Origin: Eledone cirrhosa
Taxonomy: Eukaryota
Length of the DNA: 64,000 bases
Direction of reading: 5' to 3'
Assembly (NCBI GenBank): GCA_964016885.1
Contig: OZ024746.1
Coordinates: 53,878,001 to 53,942,000, forward strand
A program made the translations under genes and the position numbers. Below the pieces are notes generated by a model. The model did not search any database and had not been told where the DNA came from. It saw only the letters and a list, made by a program, of their open reading frames with translations. Every line of letters starts with the position of its first letter. Position 1 is the stretch's first letter. Below are positions 1 to 13,831 of the stretch, one piece after another.

Positions 1-777
1 AAGACAGAACCACGTTTATGGTATAAAAGAAGTCGTAGACTAATGTTCTCTTAGGTGGTTCATACAGACGTTCTCTGGCAATGAACGGGAAAAAACTAAG
101 ATAATACGTCGTATGTGGAGCGTGGTGAACAATTGCACGCAAAGACAAAACCACGTAAATGGTATAGCTGAAGTCGTAGACTAAAATTCTAACTAGGAAA
201 CCGAATGAATCTCCGCTTCAGAGTTAAGAATAAAGTAAATAAAATACAATACAGAGGTAATAGAAATTAAATAAATACATACACGCATGCAAATACGTAC
301 ATACACAAGCATACGCGAAAACACTTCCCATTGGTATACAAAACCACGGACATATAAATATGTGTGTGTGTGTGTGCGTGTATACAAATAAATAAATAAT
401 TAAATAAACGTATATAAATAAATAAATACGTATATAACAAGCGCACACACATACCTACATGTAAATACACAAATGTTCGGAGACATAAGTCAACCAAAAC
501 ATGAAGTACACATATACACACACCCAACATACGTACGAACCTGCATACTCACACAGACGCAAAACTCCCGTATACACATAACCAAACCATATGTACCAGA
601 ATATATAAAAAATTATACGCCATAACATATACAATCAAATATACGTACGAGAAAGTATACGTACTTTCACAAAATATACAGGTAATATAAACTTACCTAT
701 GCAAATAAGTAATGGTATAAACAAAACATATACTTAGCTACCACATCATGACGTAAAATATCCACGTATAGATCGTA
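1..777 (-). mobile_element. 3' UTR / pseudo-LTR of the Naiad element, with a ~140-bp internal repeat; runs off the left edge
   Basis: Bases 1-43 recur with mismatches at ~142-184. Bases 1-62 are the reverse complement of ~2543-2604. Confidence 0.7.
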
Positions 778-2543
778 CTATCCGTTAGGGTATAACGTGG
801 GGCTGTAATACAGGAAAGTTTTGTGCAATTTATGTTTACAAGCCGAAATTGCCTCAGATTTTTTGTTAAGGATGTGGTCTGTGGAGTAGAGTATTTCCAG
901 GGCCTCAGCGGTGCAGAGGTCACATGGTCTTTTATTTCCGTTATACGATCTAGCCCTAGCTAGGATCTCCCAGTGTAACTTATATTGGGTGTGGTTGTCT
1001 TTTAGACTCCAGATATAAGCTGAAAGTGACGTCATATTCCTTCTTAGAGGGTAACGAAAAGAATGGGAATGCATGTAAAGACGTGGCTTGAATCTATTGG
1101 CGGTTAACCCTATATAGGCCCTACAGGACGTGGGTGTTTCAACCTTACATTTGTAGACAATATTACTAGAGAGGCATTTCCCGGATAGGGGGCAATCAAC
1201 CCGATTCCTACAATTACAGTTAGTACTAACTACAGGGTTGCATGTGTTCCTACGGCTAGGTAGTTTAGCTAAATTTGAAGCTGCGATGTTATGTGCAAGG
1301 TTAGGAGTCGTAGAGTAAGAAATTTTAATAATATTTCTATTAAAAATGTTACTATATTTATGTGTAGGGGGAAAATGCTTCGTAATAAGGGATAGAAAGA
1401 TCTTAGCTAATGGTGTGGCCACCTCCATATTATATGGTGGGTTATACCATATAATGCGTCGGGATCTATTTCTTCTAGGTCTATTTTCGTACTCAGTATA
1501 TGCTACCTTATCGACAAATCCACTCCGAGCAAGAGCTTCATTGTAATAAGTGGAATGGTCGTTGAAAATATGCTCGTTCGTAGATAGACGGGAAAGCCTC
1601 AACGAAACGTTTCTTACCAGGTTCTTGGTTATGCTGGCAGGATGGTTGGAATGCTTACTTATGTAATTAAGCGTAACATTCGGCTTTCTATACGGGTAAT
1701 ATAACCCATTCGATAAATTGAGGGTAACATCGAGGTAATTAACGACCGAGAGATTGACTTCAACCTGTATAGAGAGGTTGAAACATTTAAAGAAGGCTGT
1801 GAGTTCTTTTCTGAACCTGTCGCAAGCACGAGGTCCGCACTTAGTCATGGTCAAAAGACCATCATCACGGTACAAACCACCTCCCGCGTTGGGGAATTCG
1901 TCCTTGATAGAGAAAAGAAGGAAAAGGCCGATAAGATCAGTAACCTCCGCAGAATCGCTGGCGCCCATACTCACGTCGAATGGGGTACTATTGGATTTTT
2001 TAATCCAAATAGAGCCGTCGAAATTAATCACCGACTTACGGGCATTGAGGATGACATCAACTTCGAAATCCTTAACCACTGTGAGTGTTTTATCGAAATT
2101 GATAGCTCTAAGGAGGAGTGGTAATTGTTGATGTCGAATTGGATAAAACGGCAATGTTCCTTGTTACATATGCCGTTGAACCAATCAATCATCGCGAAAG
2201 AATTGTTCCACAATGCAAGAGGGGCCAAACTTCTAATTTCTGGTATAATTCTATCAAGAATCCTTTTACTAAGTCTACCTAAATCGGACTTCGTAGGGTT
2301 AATAAGCCGAATAGAGGGGTTGTTCGGAAAATTGGATTTGTGATCCTTCAGGGTAAAGTGGGGAGAAATAGGGTCCAGAGGTTCGGTCCGGTCCAGGATG
2401 TTGAGATCAGAGGTGATTTTAAACCCAGCATCGTTGATTTCATCGATGACGCACCGATTAGTTTTACGGTAATCCTTAGTTACAGCATTATGTAGTAGTT
2501 AATGGTAAGTACTGCGCTCCACTTGATATAGGTTGCCAGTTTT
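778..2543 (-). mobile_element. Penelope-like retroelement (Naiad-type), 5'-truncated RT + C-terminal GIY-YIG endonuclease; pseudogenised (stop ~2500, frameshift ~2118)
   Basis: ORF 778..2154 has YRDDGL, YLDVTLNL, IIWYNPPY, CNC-x5-CPL-x3-C, GIY-YIG-type VY...YIG...R...H and CDLC..E..LNKKSE...CKH. The upstream frame gives KTGNLY, FTLKDHKSNF-NNP-RLINPTKSDLGRLSK and RFIQFDI. Confidence 0.93.
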
Positions 2544-2927
2544 GAACCACCTAAGAGAACATTAGTTTACGACTTCTTTTATACCATAAACGCGGTTCTG
2601 TCTTTGCGCGTAATTGTTTTTCACCGCTCCTATTAATGACGTATTATATTCGTTTTTTCCCGTTCTTTGCCAGGGAACGTTTCCACGAACCAAAGTATCG
2701 TCTTCCTGTGTTCCTCCGGTTACAACGTTTTTTGAAATATTCACTTTTGCGTTTACAGATTGACTTTGTTAGTTTCAGAAGATCCCGTTAAGGGTGAAAG
2801 CAGCGATTGTTTGCTTAAATTTTAATCTGTTATTTTAATAAATATTTGCTCTACGGTTCTTATATATTTGATATATATTTATCCTTATCGAGCACTCTTT
2901 GGATTTTAGTCTTCAAATTTATTATTA

Positions 2928-2932
<5 letters not shown>
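2543..2932 (+). mobile_element. Inverted pseudo-LTR at the 5' truncation point of the Naiad, ending in (TA)n; degenerate hammerhead core near 2776-2800
   Basis: Inverted match to the window start. CAGAAGA-TCCCGTTAAGGGT-GAAAG here is CTGAAGA in the related copy at 20095. Confidence 0.8.
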
Positions 2933-2982
<50 letters not shown>

Positions 2983-3114
2983 CTGTGTGTGTGTTTGTGT
3001 GTGTGTGCATATGTGTATTTTATTTTTGGACGCTTGTACTGCATCAGACGCGACCGTTCGAACTTCCGTGTATCTCAAATGCAAGAAGGAGGACTTATTT
3101 TTAAGTCAAGTTTT

Positions 3115-3600
3115 GTAAGACTTCTGTGCTCGGATGGCATCTTTGTTCACTTGATTGGATCCAGGGGCCCTGCTGCCACTCGGCATCACTCCAAGCCGCT
3201 TTCTCCAGGAGCAGTTAACAATTGAAGCAGAAACTGCCAAGCTGAACAGTCTCCACTCTGTCTCAATATCCTCCGTTTCTACCAATCACTGCTTTCCATA
3301 ACAGCTAATCAATGCCAACATGTACATTAAAGTCTCCCAAGGATTTTAAACACTGTCTTAATCGCATCTAACACGGCAGAATCTGTATACTGGCTCTCTT
3401 TTAGGTGCATATACTTGCACTACACACAAATACCGTACTAATCTTCAAGAGCCAAATCCTCCCTTTTAATGGGATCCAGTCCACGACAGATTCTGACAGC
3501 CGGGGCTTGTGAGTATCTCCACTACCACTACACTGTCTTTTCTGGTGCCACATCTGAATAGTGATTTGCATCTCAGCAGAGCTTTTAAATTCCAAAAGTA
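3115..3600 (-). mobile_element. RTE (Expander-like) LINE fragment, APE endonuclease region, internally deleted
   Basis: Minus-strand translation gives VVDWIPLKGRIWLLKI, VQVYAP, LGDFNVHVG, WKAVIGRNG, then DIETEWRLF. Confidence 0.75.
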
Positions 3601-4594
3601 GTAAGCTAATGTCGTGTTACTTTTTTATGTATCTAAAGGAAGATATACGACATTTCAATGTTTATATAAATGATATGATATCGATGTATTTCACAGGCCA
3701 ACAAAAACCTAATTGACCTGGACTTAATATCATAAGTTTGTGGGTTCAATTTCTTGACAGAGCGTTGAATTGTCTTCTTGGACACTTTGATACATTTCCT
3801 TTTGATTTCTATGATAGGGTTGGGATCCATATCATTAAAACCCACAGAAGCTCTTATGTAATGTATCCTCGTAAGAAACCAGCTAAGCCAGCAATGATGT
3901 GAGCTGTAAATATCATTTCATGTATTTCCTTTTTCTTATCATAACCAATACATGTTCTTGATCGCTGACCTAAGCAATACAATTTTAGTTAATCTAAACG
4001 ATGTATTTAATCATTGAGAATGTACAATGACCAAACAGGTTTATATGAATAAAAATAAAACTCGGAAGACAGAACTTTAAACATCATCCAAAGAAAATAT
4101 GAAATATTGCTGGCAAGATCCTTTGAGGGATTTCTAGTTGTTTCTGTCAATGCCCCCCTTGTTAGCCACTGTTGAACTAAAGTTGTATGTAGTAACTTCT
4201 TTAGCCATACAATACATAGAAAATGTTGACTTCATGAATGGTTGGTCTATAAATAGTCAATGAACTTATGATGTGTGTATGTATGTATGCATGTATATAT
4301 GCATGTATGTATGTGTGTGTGTGTGTATGTGTGTATGTATGTATGGCATATATATATGAATATGTGTGCGTGTATGCATGTGTATTTATATATTTCCTGT
4401 AGATTTTATCTATCTCCATTTCTCTCCCTCTCTCCCCCCTCTCTCTCCTCCCCTCTCTCCGTCTATCTCTCACCCCCTCTCTCTCCCTTCTCTCTCCCTC
4501 CCTCCCCCCCCCCCCCTCTCTCTCTCTATATATATATATAGATAGATATTCAGCCATGTAGAGTGATAAACTATTTGTTATATATATATATATA

Positions 4595-5128
<534 letters not shown>

Positions 5129-5818
5129 ATAATATATATATACAGAGAGTGAGAGAGAGAGATACAGGCATGAGTACATACACAGATCCTAGATACATAC
5201 AAACACACACACACACACACATATATATATTATATATATATATATATATGTATATATACACATATATACACATATATATATATATATATACACAACTGAA
5301 TTCATTCGCCTGATATAGGGGTTGCCTCCTTTGCCGATCCCCACGTGGGGTCAGCAATAGTCAGTCCTTGTATTAACATTGAACTAAAACCTGTTGAGAA
5401 AGTGGCTTCCTTGTTCAATCATCTTACCAGAAGCCTGACATTTTTTATGTAAGCGGACGGTACTTGATTTAGGAGCCTCAGAAACCCATATACTGGATTT
5501 TACCAACCTTCCAGGGGTCCGGGTAAATTTTCAATACCCGAATTACTTGATCGTTTTTTGGGGCTATGCGAATGATTGTTTAACCATCGTCTCAGTGTGT
5601 TTGGCCTTTAACGTTTGTTATAGCTCTGGTTCATCTGAATCATTGAGCACTTGCCGCACATCTCGGAGGTTGTTTTTCGTTATTTCGTTGGCCGAAATGC
5701 GAATCTCGATAATTTATGTTTGTTTATATATACATATATATAGATACGTGAAACAACAACCACCTCCTCCCGTCCACTACTCCCAAACTTCTTACTATTC
5801 GCCAGTCTGCTGCCCCTA

Positions 5819-5922
5819 ATAATTGTTTCTACTTTTGGCACAAGGCCAGCAATAAACCAGTGTATTACTGGTACTTTATTTTATCGACCCCGTAAGGATG
5901 AAAGGCAATGTTAATCACGGCG
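5819..5922 (-). mobile_element. tRNA/Nin-domain SINE, 3' half
   Basis: Matches the family core GCCTTTCATCCTTACGGGGTCGATAAAATAAAGTACCAG and tail GCCAAAAGTAGAAACAATT. Confidence 0.85.
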
Positions 5923-6224
5923 AAATAATAATACCCACTGCTACCATAGCAACACACCGTTACTAAGATTTATTGCTTCCATAGCAACTATACATATACA
6001 GACCCAACAAAAAAATGTAAGTCTGTTCTACCTGTTGTTGGATGATGGTAGTGATGGTGGCGGTGGTGATGTTGATGGTAGTGGCGGTGGTGGTGACCGC
6101 AGTACTGGGAGTTGGAGTAGCAGTGGTAGTGGGAGGGAGCTTTGTTGTTTGAAGTGGTGGTAGTTGAGGGGTTTGTAGTGGTGGTGGTGGTGGATGAGAG
6201 GTGGTGGTGTTGGTTGTGGCGTTA

Positions 6225-9200
6225 GTGGTGGTAGATGAGAGGCTTGTGGTGGTGGTGGTGGTAGATGAGAGGCTTGTGGTGGTGGTGGTGGTGGTGGTAG
6301 CTGAGGGGCTTGTGGTGGTGGTGGTGGTAGATGAGAGGCTTGTGGTGGTGGTGGTGGTAGATGAGAGGCTTGTGGTGGTGGTGGTGGTAGATGGGGGGCT
6401 TGTGGAGATGGTGGTGGTAGATGGGGGGGGGGCTTGTGGTGGTGGTGGTGGTAGATGAGAGGCTTGTGGTGGTGGTGGTGGTAGATGAGAGGCTTGTGGT
6501 GGTGGTGGTGGTAGATGAGAGGCTTGTGGTGGTGGTGGTGGTAGATGAGAGGCTTGTGGTGGTGGTGGTGGTAGCTGAGGGGCTTGTGGTGGTGGTAGAT
6601 GAGAGGCTTGTGGTGGTGGTGGTGGTAGATGAGAGGCTTGTGGTGGTGGTGGTGGTAGATGAGAGGCTTGTGGTGGTGGTGGTGGTAGCTGAGGGGCTTG
6701 TGGTGGTGGTGGTGGTAGATGAGAGGCTTGTGGTGGTGGTGGTGGTACATGGGGGGCTTGTGGAGATGGTGGTGGTAGATGGGGGGCTTGTGGAGATGGT
6801 GGTGGTAGATGAGAGGCTTGTGGTGGTGGTGGTGGTAGATGAGAGGCTTGTGGTGGTGGTGGTGGTAGATGAGAGGCTTGTGGTGGTGGTGGTGGTGGTA
6901 GATGAGAGGCTTGTGGTGGTGGTGGTGGTAGATGAGAGGCTTGTGGTGGTGGTGGTGGTAGATGAGAGGCTTGTGGTGGTGGTGGTGGTAGATGAGAGGC
7001 TTGTGGTGGTGGTGGTGGTAGATGAGAGGCTTGTGGTGGTGGTGGTGGTGGTAGATGAGAGGCTTGTGGTGGTGGTGGTGGTAGATGAGAGGCTTGTGGT
7101 GGTGGTGGTGGTAGATGAGAGGCTTGTGGTGGTGGTGGTGGTGGTGGTAGCTGAGGGGCTTGTGGTGGTGGTGGTGGTAGATGAGAGGCTTGTGGTGGTG
7201 GTGGTGGTAGATGAGAGGCTTGTGGTGGTGGTGGTGGTGGTAGATGAGAGGCTTGTGGTGGTGGTGGTGGTGTTGGTAGCTGAGGGGCTTGTGGTGGTGG
7301 TGGTGGTAGATGAGAGGCTTGTGGTGGTGGTGGTGGTAGATGGGGGGCTTGTGGTGGTGGTGGTGGTAGATGAGAGGCTTGTGGTGGTGGTGGTGGTAGA
7401 TGAGAGGCTTGTGGTGGTGGTGGTGGTGGTGGTGGTGGTGGTAGCTGAGGGGCTTGTAGTGGTGGTGGTGGTAGATGAGAGGCTTGTGGTGGTGGTGGTG
7501 GTAGATGAGAGGCTTGTGGTGGTGGTGGTGGTGGTGGTAGCTGAGGGGCTTGTGGTGGTGGTGGTGGTAGATGAGAGGCTTGTGGTGGTGGTGGTGGTAG
7601 ATGAGAGGCTTGTGGTGGTGGTGGTGGTAGATGAGAGGCTTGTGGTGGTGGTGGTGGTGGTGGTAGCTGAGGGGCTTGTGGTGGTGGTGGTGGTAGATGA
7701 GAGGCTTGTGGTGGTGGTGGTGGTAGATGAGAGGCTTGTGGTGGTGGTGGTGGTAGATGAGAGGCTTGTGGTGGTGGTGGTGGTAGATGAGAGGCTTGTG
7801 GTGGTGGAGGTGGTGGTGGTAGCTGAGGGGCTTGTGGTGGTGGTGGTGGTAGATGAGAGGCTTGTGGTGGTGGTGGTGGTAGATGAGAGGCTTGTGGTGG
7901 TGGTATATGAGAGGCTTGTGGTGGTGGTGGTGGTGGTAGATGAGAGGCTTGTGGTGGTGGTGGTGGTAGATGAGAGGCTTGTGGTGGTGGTGGTGGTAGA
8001 TGAGAGGCTTGTGGTGGTGGTGGTGGTAGATGAGAGGCTTGTGGTGGTGGTGGTGGTGGTGGTAGCTGAGGGGCTTGTGGTGGTGGTGGTGGTAGATGAG
8101 AGGCTTGTGGTGGTGGTGGTGGTAGATGAGAGGCTTGTGGTGGTGGTGGTGGTGGTGGTAGCTGAGGGGTTTGTGGTGGTGGTGGTGGTAGATGAGAGGC
8201 TTGTGGTGGTGGTGGTGATAGATGGGGGGCTTGTGGTGGTGGTGGTAGATGGGGGAGCTTGTGGTGGTGGTGGTGGTAGATGAGAGGCTTGTGGTGGTGG
8301 TGGTGGTAGATGAGAGGCTTGTGGTGGTGGTGGTAGATGAGAGGCTTGTGGTGGTGGTGGTGGTAGCTGAGGGGCTTGTGGTGATGGTGGTGGTAGATGA
8401 GAGGCTTGTGGTGGTGGTGGTGGTAGATGAGAGGCTTGTGGTGGTGGTGGTGGTAGATGAGAGGCTTGTGGTGGTGGTGGTAGATGAGAGGCTTGTGGTG
8501 GTGGTGGTGGTAGCTGAGGGGCTTGTGGTGATGGTGGTGGTAGATGAGAGGCTTGTGGTGGTGGTGGTGGTAGATGAGAGGCTTGTGGTGGTGGTGGTGG
8601 TAGATGAGAGGCTTGTGGTGGTGGTGGTGGTGGTGGTGGTTGCTGAGGGGCTTGTGGTGGTGGTGGTGGTAGATGAGAGGCTTGTGGTGGTGGTGGTGGT
8701 AGATGAGAGGCTTGTGGTGGTGGTGGTGGTAGATGAGAGGCTTGTGGTGGTGGCGGTGGTAGATGAGAGGCTTGTGGTGGTGGTGGTGGTAGATGAGAGG
8801 CTTGTGGTGGTGGTAGATGAGAGGCTTGTGGTGGTGGTGGTGGTAGATGAGAGGCTTGTGGTGGTGGTGGTGGTAGATGAGAGGCTTGTGGTGGTGGTGG
8901 TGGTGGTAGATGAGAGGCTTGTGGTGGTGGTGGTGGTAGATGAGAGGCTTGTGGTGGTGGTGGTGGTGGTGGTAGATGAGAGGCTTGTGGTGGTGGTGGT
9001 GGTAGATGGGGGGCTTGTGGTGGTGGTGGTGGTAGATGGGGGGCTTGTGGAGATGGTGGTGGTAGATGAGAGGCTTGTGGTGGTGGTGGTGGTGGTGGTA
9101 GCTGAGGGGCTTGTGGTGGTGGTGGTGGTAGATGAGAGGCTTGTGGTGGTGGTGGTGGTAGATGGGGGGCTTGTGGAGATGGTGGTGGTAGATGAGAGGC

Positions 9201-10560
9201 TTGTGGTGGTGGTGGTGGTGGTAGATGAGAGGCTTGTGGTGGTGGTGGTGGTAGATGAGAGGCTTGTGGTGGTGGTGGTGGTAGATGAGAGGCTTGTGGT
9301 GGTGGTGGTGGTAGATGAGAGGCTTGTGGTGGTGGTGGTGGTAGATGAGAGGCTTGTGGTGGTGGTGGTGGTAGATGAGAGGCTTGTGGTGGTGGTGGTG
9401 GTAGATGAGAGGCTTGTGGTGGTGGTGGTGGTAGCTGAGGGGCTTGTGGTGGTGGTGGTGGTAGATGAGAGGCTTGTGGTGGTGGTGGTGGTAGATGGGG
9501 GGCTTGTGGAGATGGTGGTGGTAGATGGGGGGCTTGTGGTGGTGGTGGTGGTAGATGAGAGGCTTGTGGTGGTGGTGGTGGTAGATGAGAGGCTTGTGGT
9601 GGTGGTGGTGGTGGTAGATGAGAGGCTTGTGGTGGTGGTGGTGGTAGATGAGAGGCTTGTGGTGGTGGTGGTGGTGGTGGTAGCTGAGGGGCTTGTGGTG
9701 GTGGTGGTGGTAGATGAGAGGCTTGTGGTGGTGGTGGTGGTGGTAGATGGGGGGCTTGTGGAGATGGTGGTGGTAGATGGGGGGCTTGTGGTGGTGGTGG
9801 TGGTAGATGAGAGGCTTGTGGTGGTGGTGGTGGTGGTAGATGAGAGGCTTGTGGTGGTGGTGGTGGTAGATGAGAGGCTTGTGGTGGTGGTGGTGGTGGT
9901 GGTAGCTGAGGGGCTTGTGGTGGTGGTGTTGGTTGTGGTAGATGAGACGCTTGTGGTGGTGGTGGTAGATGGGGGGCTTGTGGAGATGGTGGTGGTAGAT
10001 GGGTGGCTTGTGGTGGTGGTGGTGGTAGATGAGAGGCTTGTGGTGGTGGTGGTGGTAGATGAGAGGCTTGTGGTGGTGGTGGTGGTGGTGGTAGCTGAGG
10101 GGCTTGTGGTGGTGGTGGTGGTAGATGAGAGGCTTGTGGTGGTGGTGGTGATAGATGGGGGGCTTGTGGTGGTGGTGGTAGATGGGGGAGCTTGTGGTGG
10201 TGGTGGTGGTAGATGAGAGGCTTGTGGTGGTGGTGGTGGTAGATGAGAGGCTTGTGGTGGTGGTGGTAGATGAGAGGCTTGTGGTGGTGGTAGCTGAGGG
10301 GCTTGTGGTGATGGTGGTGGTAGATGAGAGGCTTGTGGTGGTGGTGGTGGTGGTGGTAGCTGAGGGGCTTGTGGTGGTGGTGTTGGTTGTGGTAGATGAG
10401 ACGCTTGTGGTGGTGGTGGTAGATGAGAGGCTTGTGGTGGTGGTAGTGGTAGATGAGAGGCTTGTGGTGGTGATCGTGGTAGCTGAGGTGCTTGTGGTGG
10501 TGGTGTTGGTGGTGGTAGATGAGACGCTTGTGGTTGTGGTGGTGGTGGTGGTGAGGGGCT
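6225..10560. repeat. ~4.3-kb minisatellite: (GGT)n spaced by AGATGAGAGGCTT / AGCTGAGGGGCTT / AGATGGGGGGCTT; modal unit 30 bp
   Basis: Directly visible tandem array. Confidence 0.97.
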
Positions 10561-11269
10561 AAACGTAGTTGGAGTGGTTGAGTTGTTGTAGATACTGTTA
10601 ATGGTAGTAACTGCATTTGTGGTGATTGTTGTAATGGTGTTACTGCTGGTGATATCGAGAGTCGGAACTATCGGTGGTTTATTGAGTAAGTTGTTTGGCT
10701 CACGATCGGAAAGATTTGAGTTTGATTCCCTCTTAACTCTAACAATTTAACCTTCGTGTTTCGCATTGAAGAAATGGTCTGATGTCACTCTCGCCGCTAG
10801 CACGTCAGTTGCAATGCCACTATAAAATGCCTCTTTTAGTTTAGCTCCTTTCTACTTTTTTCTATAGCTACTTAGCATCCAGGTCCAGGAAGATCATCCG
10901 TACTCGAGTTCTATGCCTTTCCTAAACATTTCCACCCCGCCTCCCATTCTGGAACGACTAATTACTGCATAGATCTCAAAGTCATCACAAATGAGGGCTA
11001 GTTCACGCGTGTCGGAAATTCTTGTCACGCTGACGGTTGTTATTCTCCGGGTGCTGCTGGAGATCGGGTGTTTCTATACCCATATCTTGTTGGGATTCCT
11101 TTGGGATCCCTTTGAAAGCCTACTAGTGTCTTCTATTTTAGAGGTTTCCACGTCGTGGGGTAAGTACTCACTCGTGCTTTTGGAGGTCTGTATTGATAGC
11201 AGATTCAGATATTCTCCAAATATTCGAATTGAATGTTAAAAAACCCCTGCATCAATATAGTTACGACAG

Positions 11270-11862
11270 CAGGATGGATGTTTGTGTTCCAGTGTTACAT
11301 ATCAATTGATTGAGACTACCTGACCCAAAGGATGTACATCTGTGATACGTTACAAAAACGTTAAGAACACAAACCTTTTGGAAAAGCATCGAGTTAGAGG
11401 ATGATTAATGGATCGTCTATAACAATGTGAAGTACAAACGATCATAAGGAAGCGCGATGGACTACTACAAACACACTATAAAGCAGGACGTCATCCGAAG
11501 AAGGTTATACTTTCAATTCGGTGGGACTGTAAAGGAGTTGTCTTTTACGAGCTTCTTCCCATGGACAGGACGATCAATTTGGATATATACAGCAGGACAA
11601 ATTAAACGCAGCGATCCACAAAAAGCGGGAAGCACTTCCTACTCGTAAAGGCATTTTCGTTCATCACGACAATGCCAGACCGCACATTACTTAGCAGACG
11701 TGGTGTAAGTCATTGGAACTTAACTGGGAAGTTTTGTCGTACCCTCCACATCTGCCTGACATTGCGCCATTAGAGTCCCACCTGTTTCGGTTTCTTTAAA
11801 ATTCATTGCCTAGGCACACCTTCAACACTAAAGAGGGTATAAACATTCACCTGCAGGAGATT
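11270..11862 (+). mobile_element. Mariner (DD34D) transposase pseudogene fragment
   Basis: Translates with stops to WIVYNN, HPKKVILSI-WD-KGVVFYELL, HHDNARPH and WEVLSYPPHLPDIAPLESHLFR. Confidence 0.88.
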
Positions 11863-11879
11863 TCTCTCACTCTCTCTCT

Positions 11880-12195
<316 letters not shown>

Positions 12196-12199
<4 letters not shown>

Positions 12200-12622
12200 T
12201 AAACGGAATAGAAAATGCTGACAAATTGTTCACAGTTGAAAAAGGGTTTAATTAGGAATAAAAGAGTATTAGTGATTGTATGGGTTAGTATTCAGTTGTG
12301 GTTTTAAGTTTTTAAGTTTTTACCGGTTGCGCATTTCTAAATGCTTTTCAAAAATAATTTTGAGAGAGAGTGTCCGTGCTGTTTGCTCTGATCAGAGCAA
12401 ACAGCACGGACACTCTCTCTCAAAATTATTTTTGAAAAGCATTTAGAAATGCGCAACCGGTAAAAACTTAAAAACTTAAAACCACAACTGAATACTAACC
12501 CATACAATCACTAATACTCTTTTATTCCTAATTAAACCATTTTTCAACTGTGAACAATTTGTCAGCATTTTCTATTCCGTTTACCAATATATAATAACTT
12601 GTGTGTTACACCTCTATTCTTT

Positions 12623-12627
<5 letters not shown>
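12196..12627 (+). mobile_element. Family D fold-back element: ~400-bp spacerless palindrome (centre 12391/12392) plus ~35-bp tail, in (TA)n
   Basis: Arms are near-perfect reverse complements around CTCTGA|TCAGAG. Degenerate hammerhead at ~12427-12476. Confidence 0.85.
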
Positions 12628-12693
<66 letters not shown>

Positions 12694-12733
12694 TGATCTC
12701 TCTGTATAAATGAGTGTATATATATATATATAT

Positions 12734-12929
12734 AACGAAGGAGTCGTGGTAAGGAGCCAGATGGACCATAACGCACCAGAGTACTAAATACTTAGGGTAG
12801 TAGAGTGGGTAATAGGAAAATGTATGACCCCGACGGCAGAGCTCAAGCCGTTTCGACGGCTATTTCTGGACGTCCAGAAATAGCCGTCGAAACAGCTTGA
12901 GCTCTGCCGTCGGGGTCATACATTTTCCC
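12734..12929 (-). mobile_element. Family B fold-back element
   Basis: Tail followed by a ~115-bp palindrome centred at 12871/12872. Confidence 0.88.
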
Positions 12930-13831
12930 ATATATATATGTGTGTGTGTGTGTGTGTGTACACATTCACAGACACACACACACATATATATATATCGTGT
13001 TCGTGGCTAATTTGCAAGTAGATTTGCAAGCGTTCGTTTTAATATGCGTACATTAACCCCCGTTGTTTATCTAGACGCCGTAGATAAAACCACAAGGTTC
13101 CTCGTGTAGAACGAGGTAAAGATTCGTGATTAGCTCAATTCGTCGATTCTATCAGTTCATCTATTTAAATAACGATGCTGAATGTATGTTTATTACAAGT
13201 TCACATGCATATTTATTTCTAACTCATCATGCACAAACAGTCTGGTGAATCGGATTTTATTTTAATCATCACATAGCCAGATAATGAAGGATAGCCACTC
13301 CACGCTGTTTACAGGCCTTCTCTGACTGGTGAGAAAAAAGGCAGATGTTATTCTAAGCCTGGTATGAAAGCATGCAACAAAATGGATGCCAGTAAAAGTA
13401 CCCATGACCAAGGTGTTAGCGTTAAGTCGGCTGATAAATTAAATCTGCCGCCGAAAAGCTATAATGGTTTCTGTAAAAGACAGACCACCATAGAAGAACG
13501 GACATTCACCCACACTTTTAATGCTTCAGCCAAAAATAACTATAGACACTGAATTAACTAAAGTTGTCTTTGTTAATGTAATATTAGATTTAACTACGAG
13601 ATTATATAAACTAACCGTAAACCATGCCAAACTCTCGCGTATATTAATGTAAGATCATGACACTCTTTATATTTTTAAGACACCCATCAACAATATAAGC
13701 AGAAAGATATCTATTGTATCCATCAACAAAGAAAGACTTCACAAGGTATTCTCCGTTAGCGTATGTTTCATAAGCTAACGGATTTCCAAATGAATAGTTG
13801 TTACTTTTCCAACCGAAAAGAGACGTAGTAA

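Noticed and set aside
778-2154. Selenocysteine-recoded Naiad, as reported for some spider Naiads
   Set aside because: The ORF is open through its conserved cysteines with no in-frame TGA. The upstream stop is TAA.
5290-5720. Possible degraded Penelope endonuclease remnant (also 10860-11260 and 27150-27600)
   Set aside because: Only vague motif resemblance after many stops; cannot be supported without an alignment.
6225-10560. CRISPR-like repeat-spacer appearance
   Set aside because: The intervening sequences are (GGT)n rather than unique spacers, there are no cas genes, and the DNA is eukaryotic.
6028-10616. 1464-aa, 655-aa and 620-aa Pro/His/Thr/Val-rich ORFs (extensin- or mucin-like)
   Set aside because: They are translations of a minisatellite whose units are multiples of 3, open on both strands and in several frames, with no unique domain or splice context.
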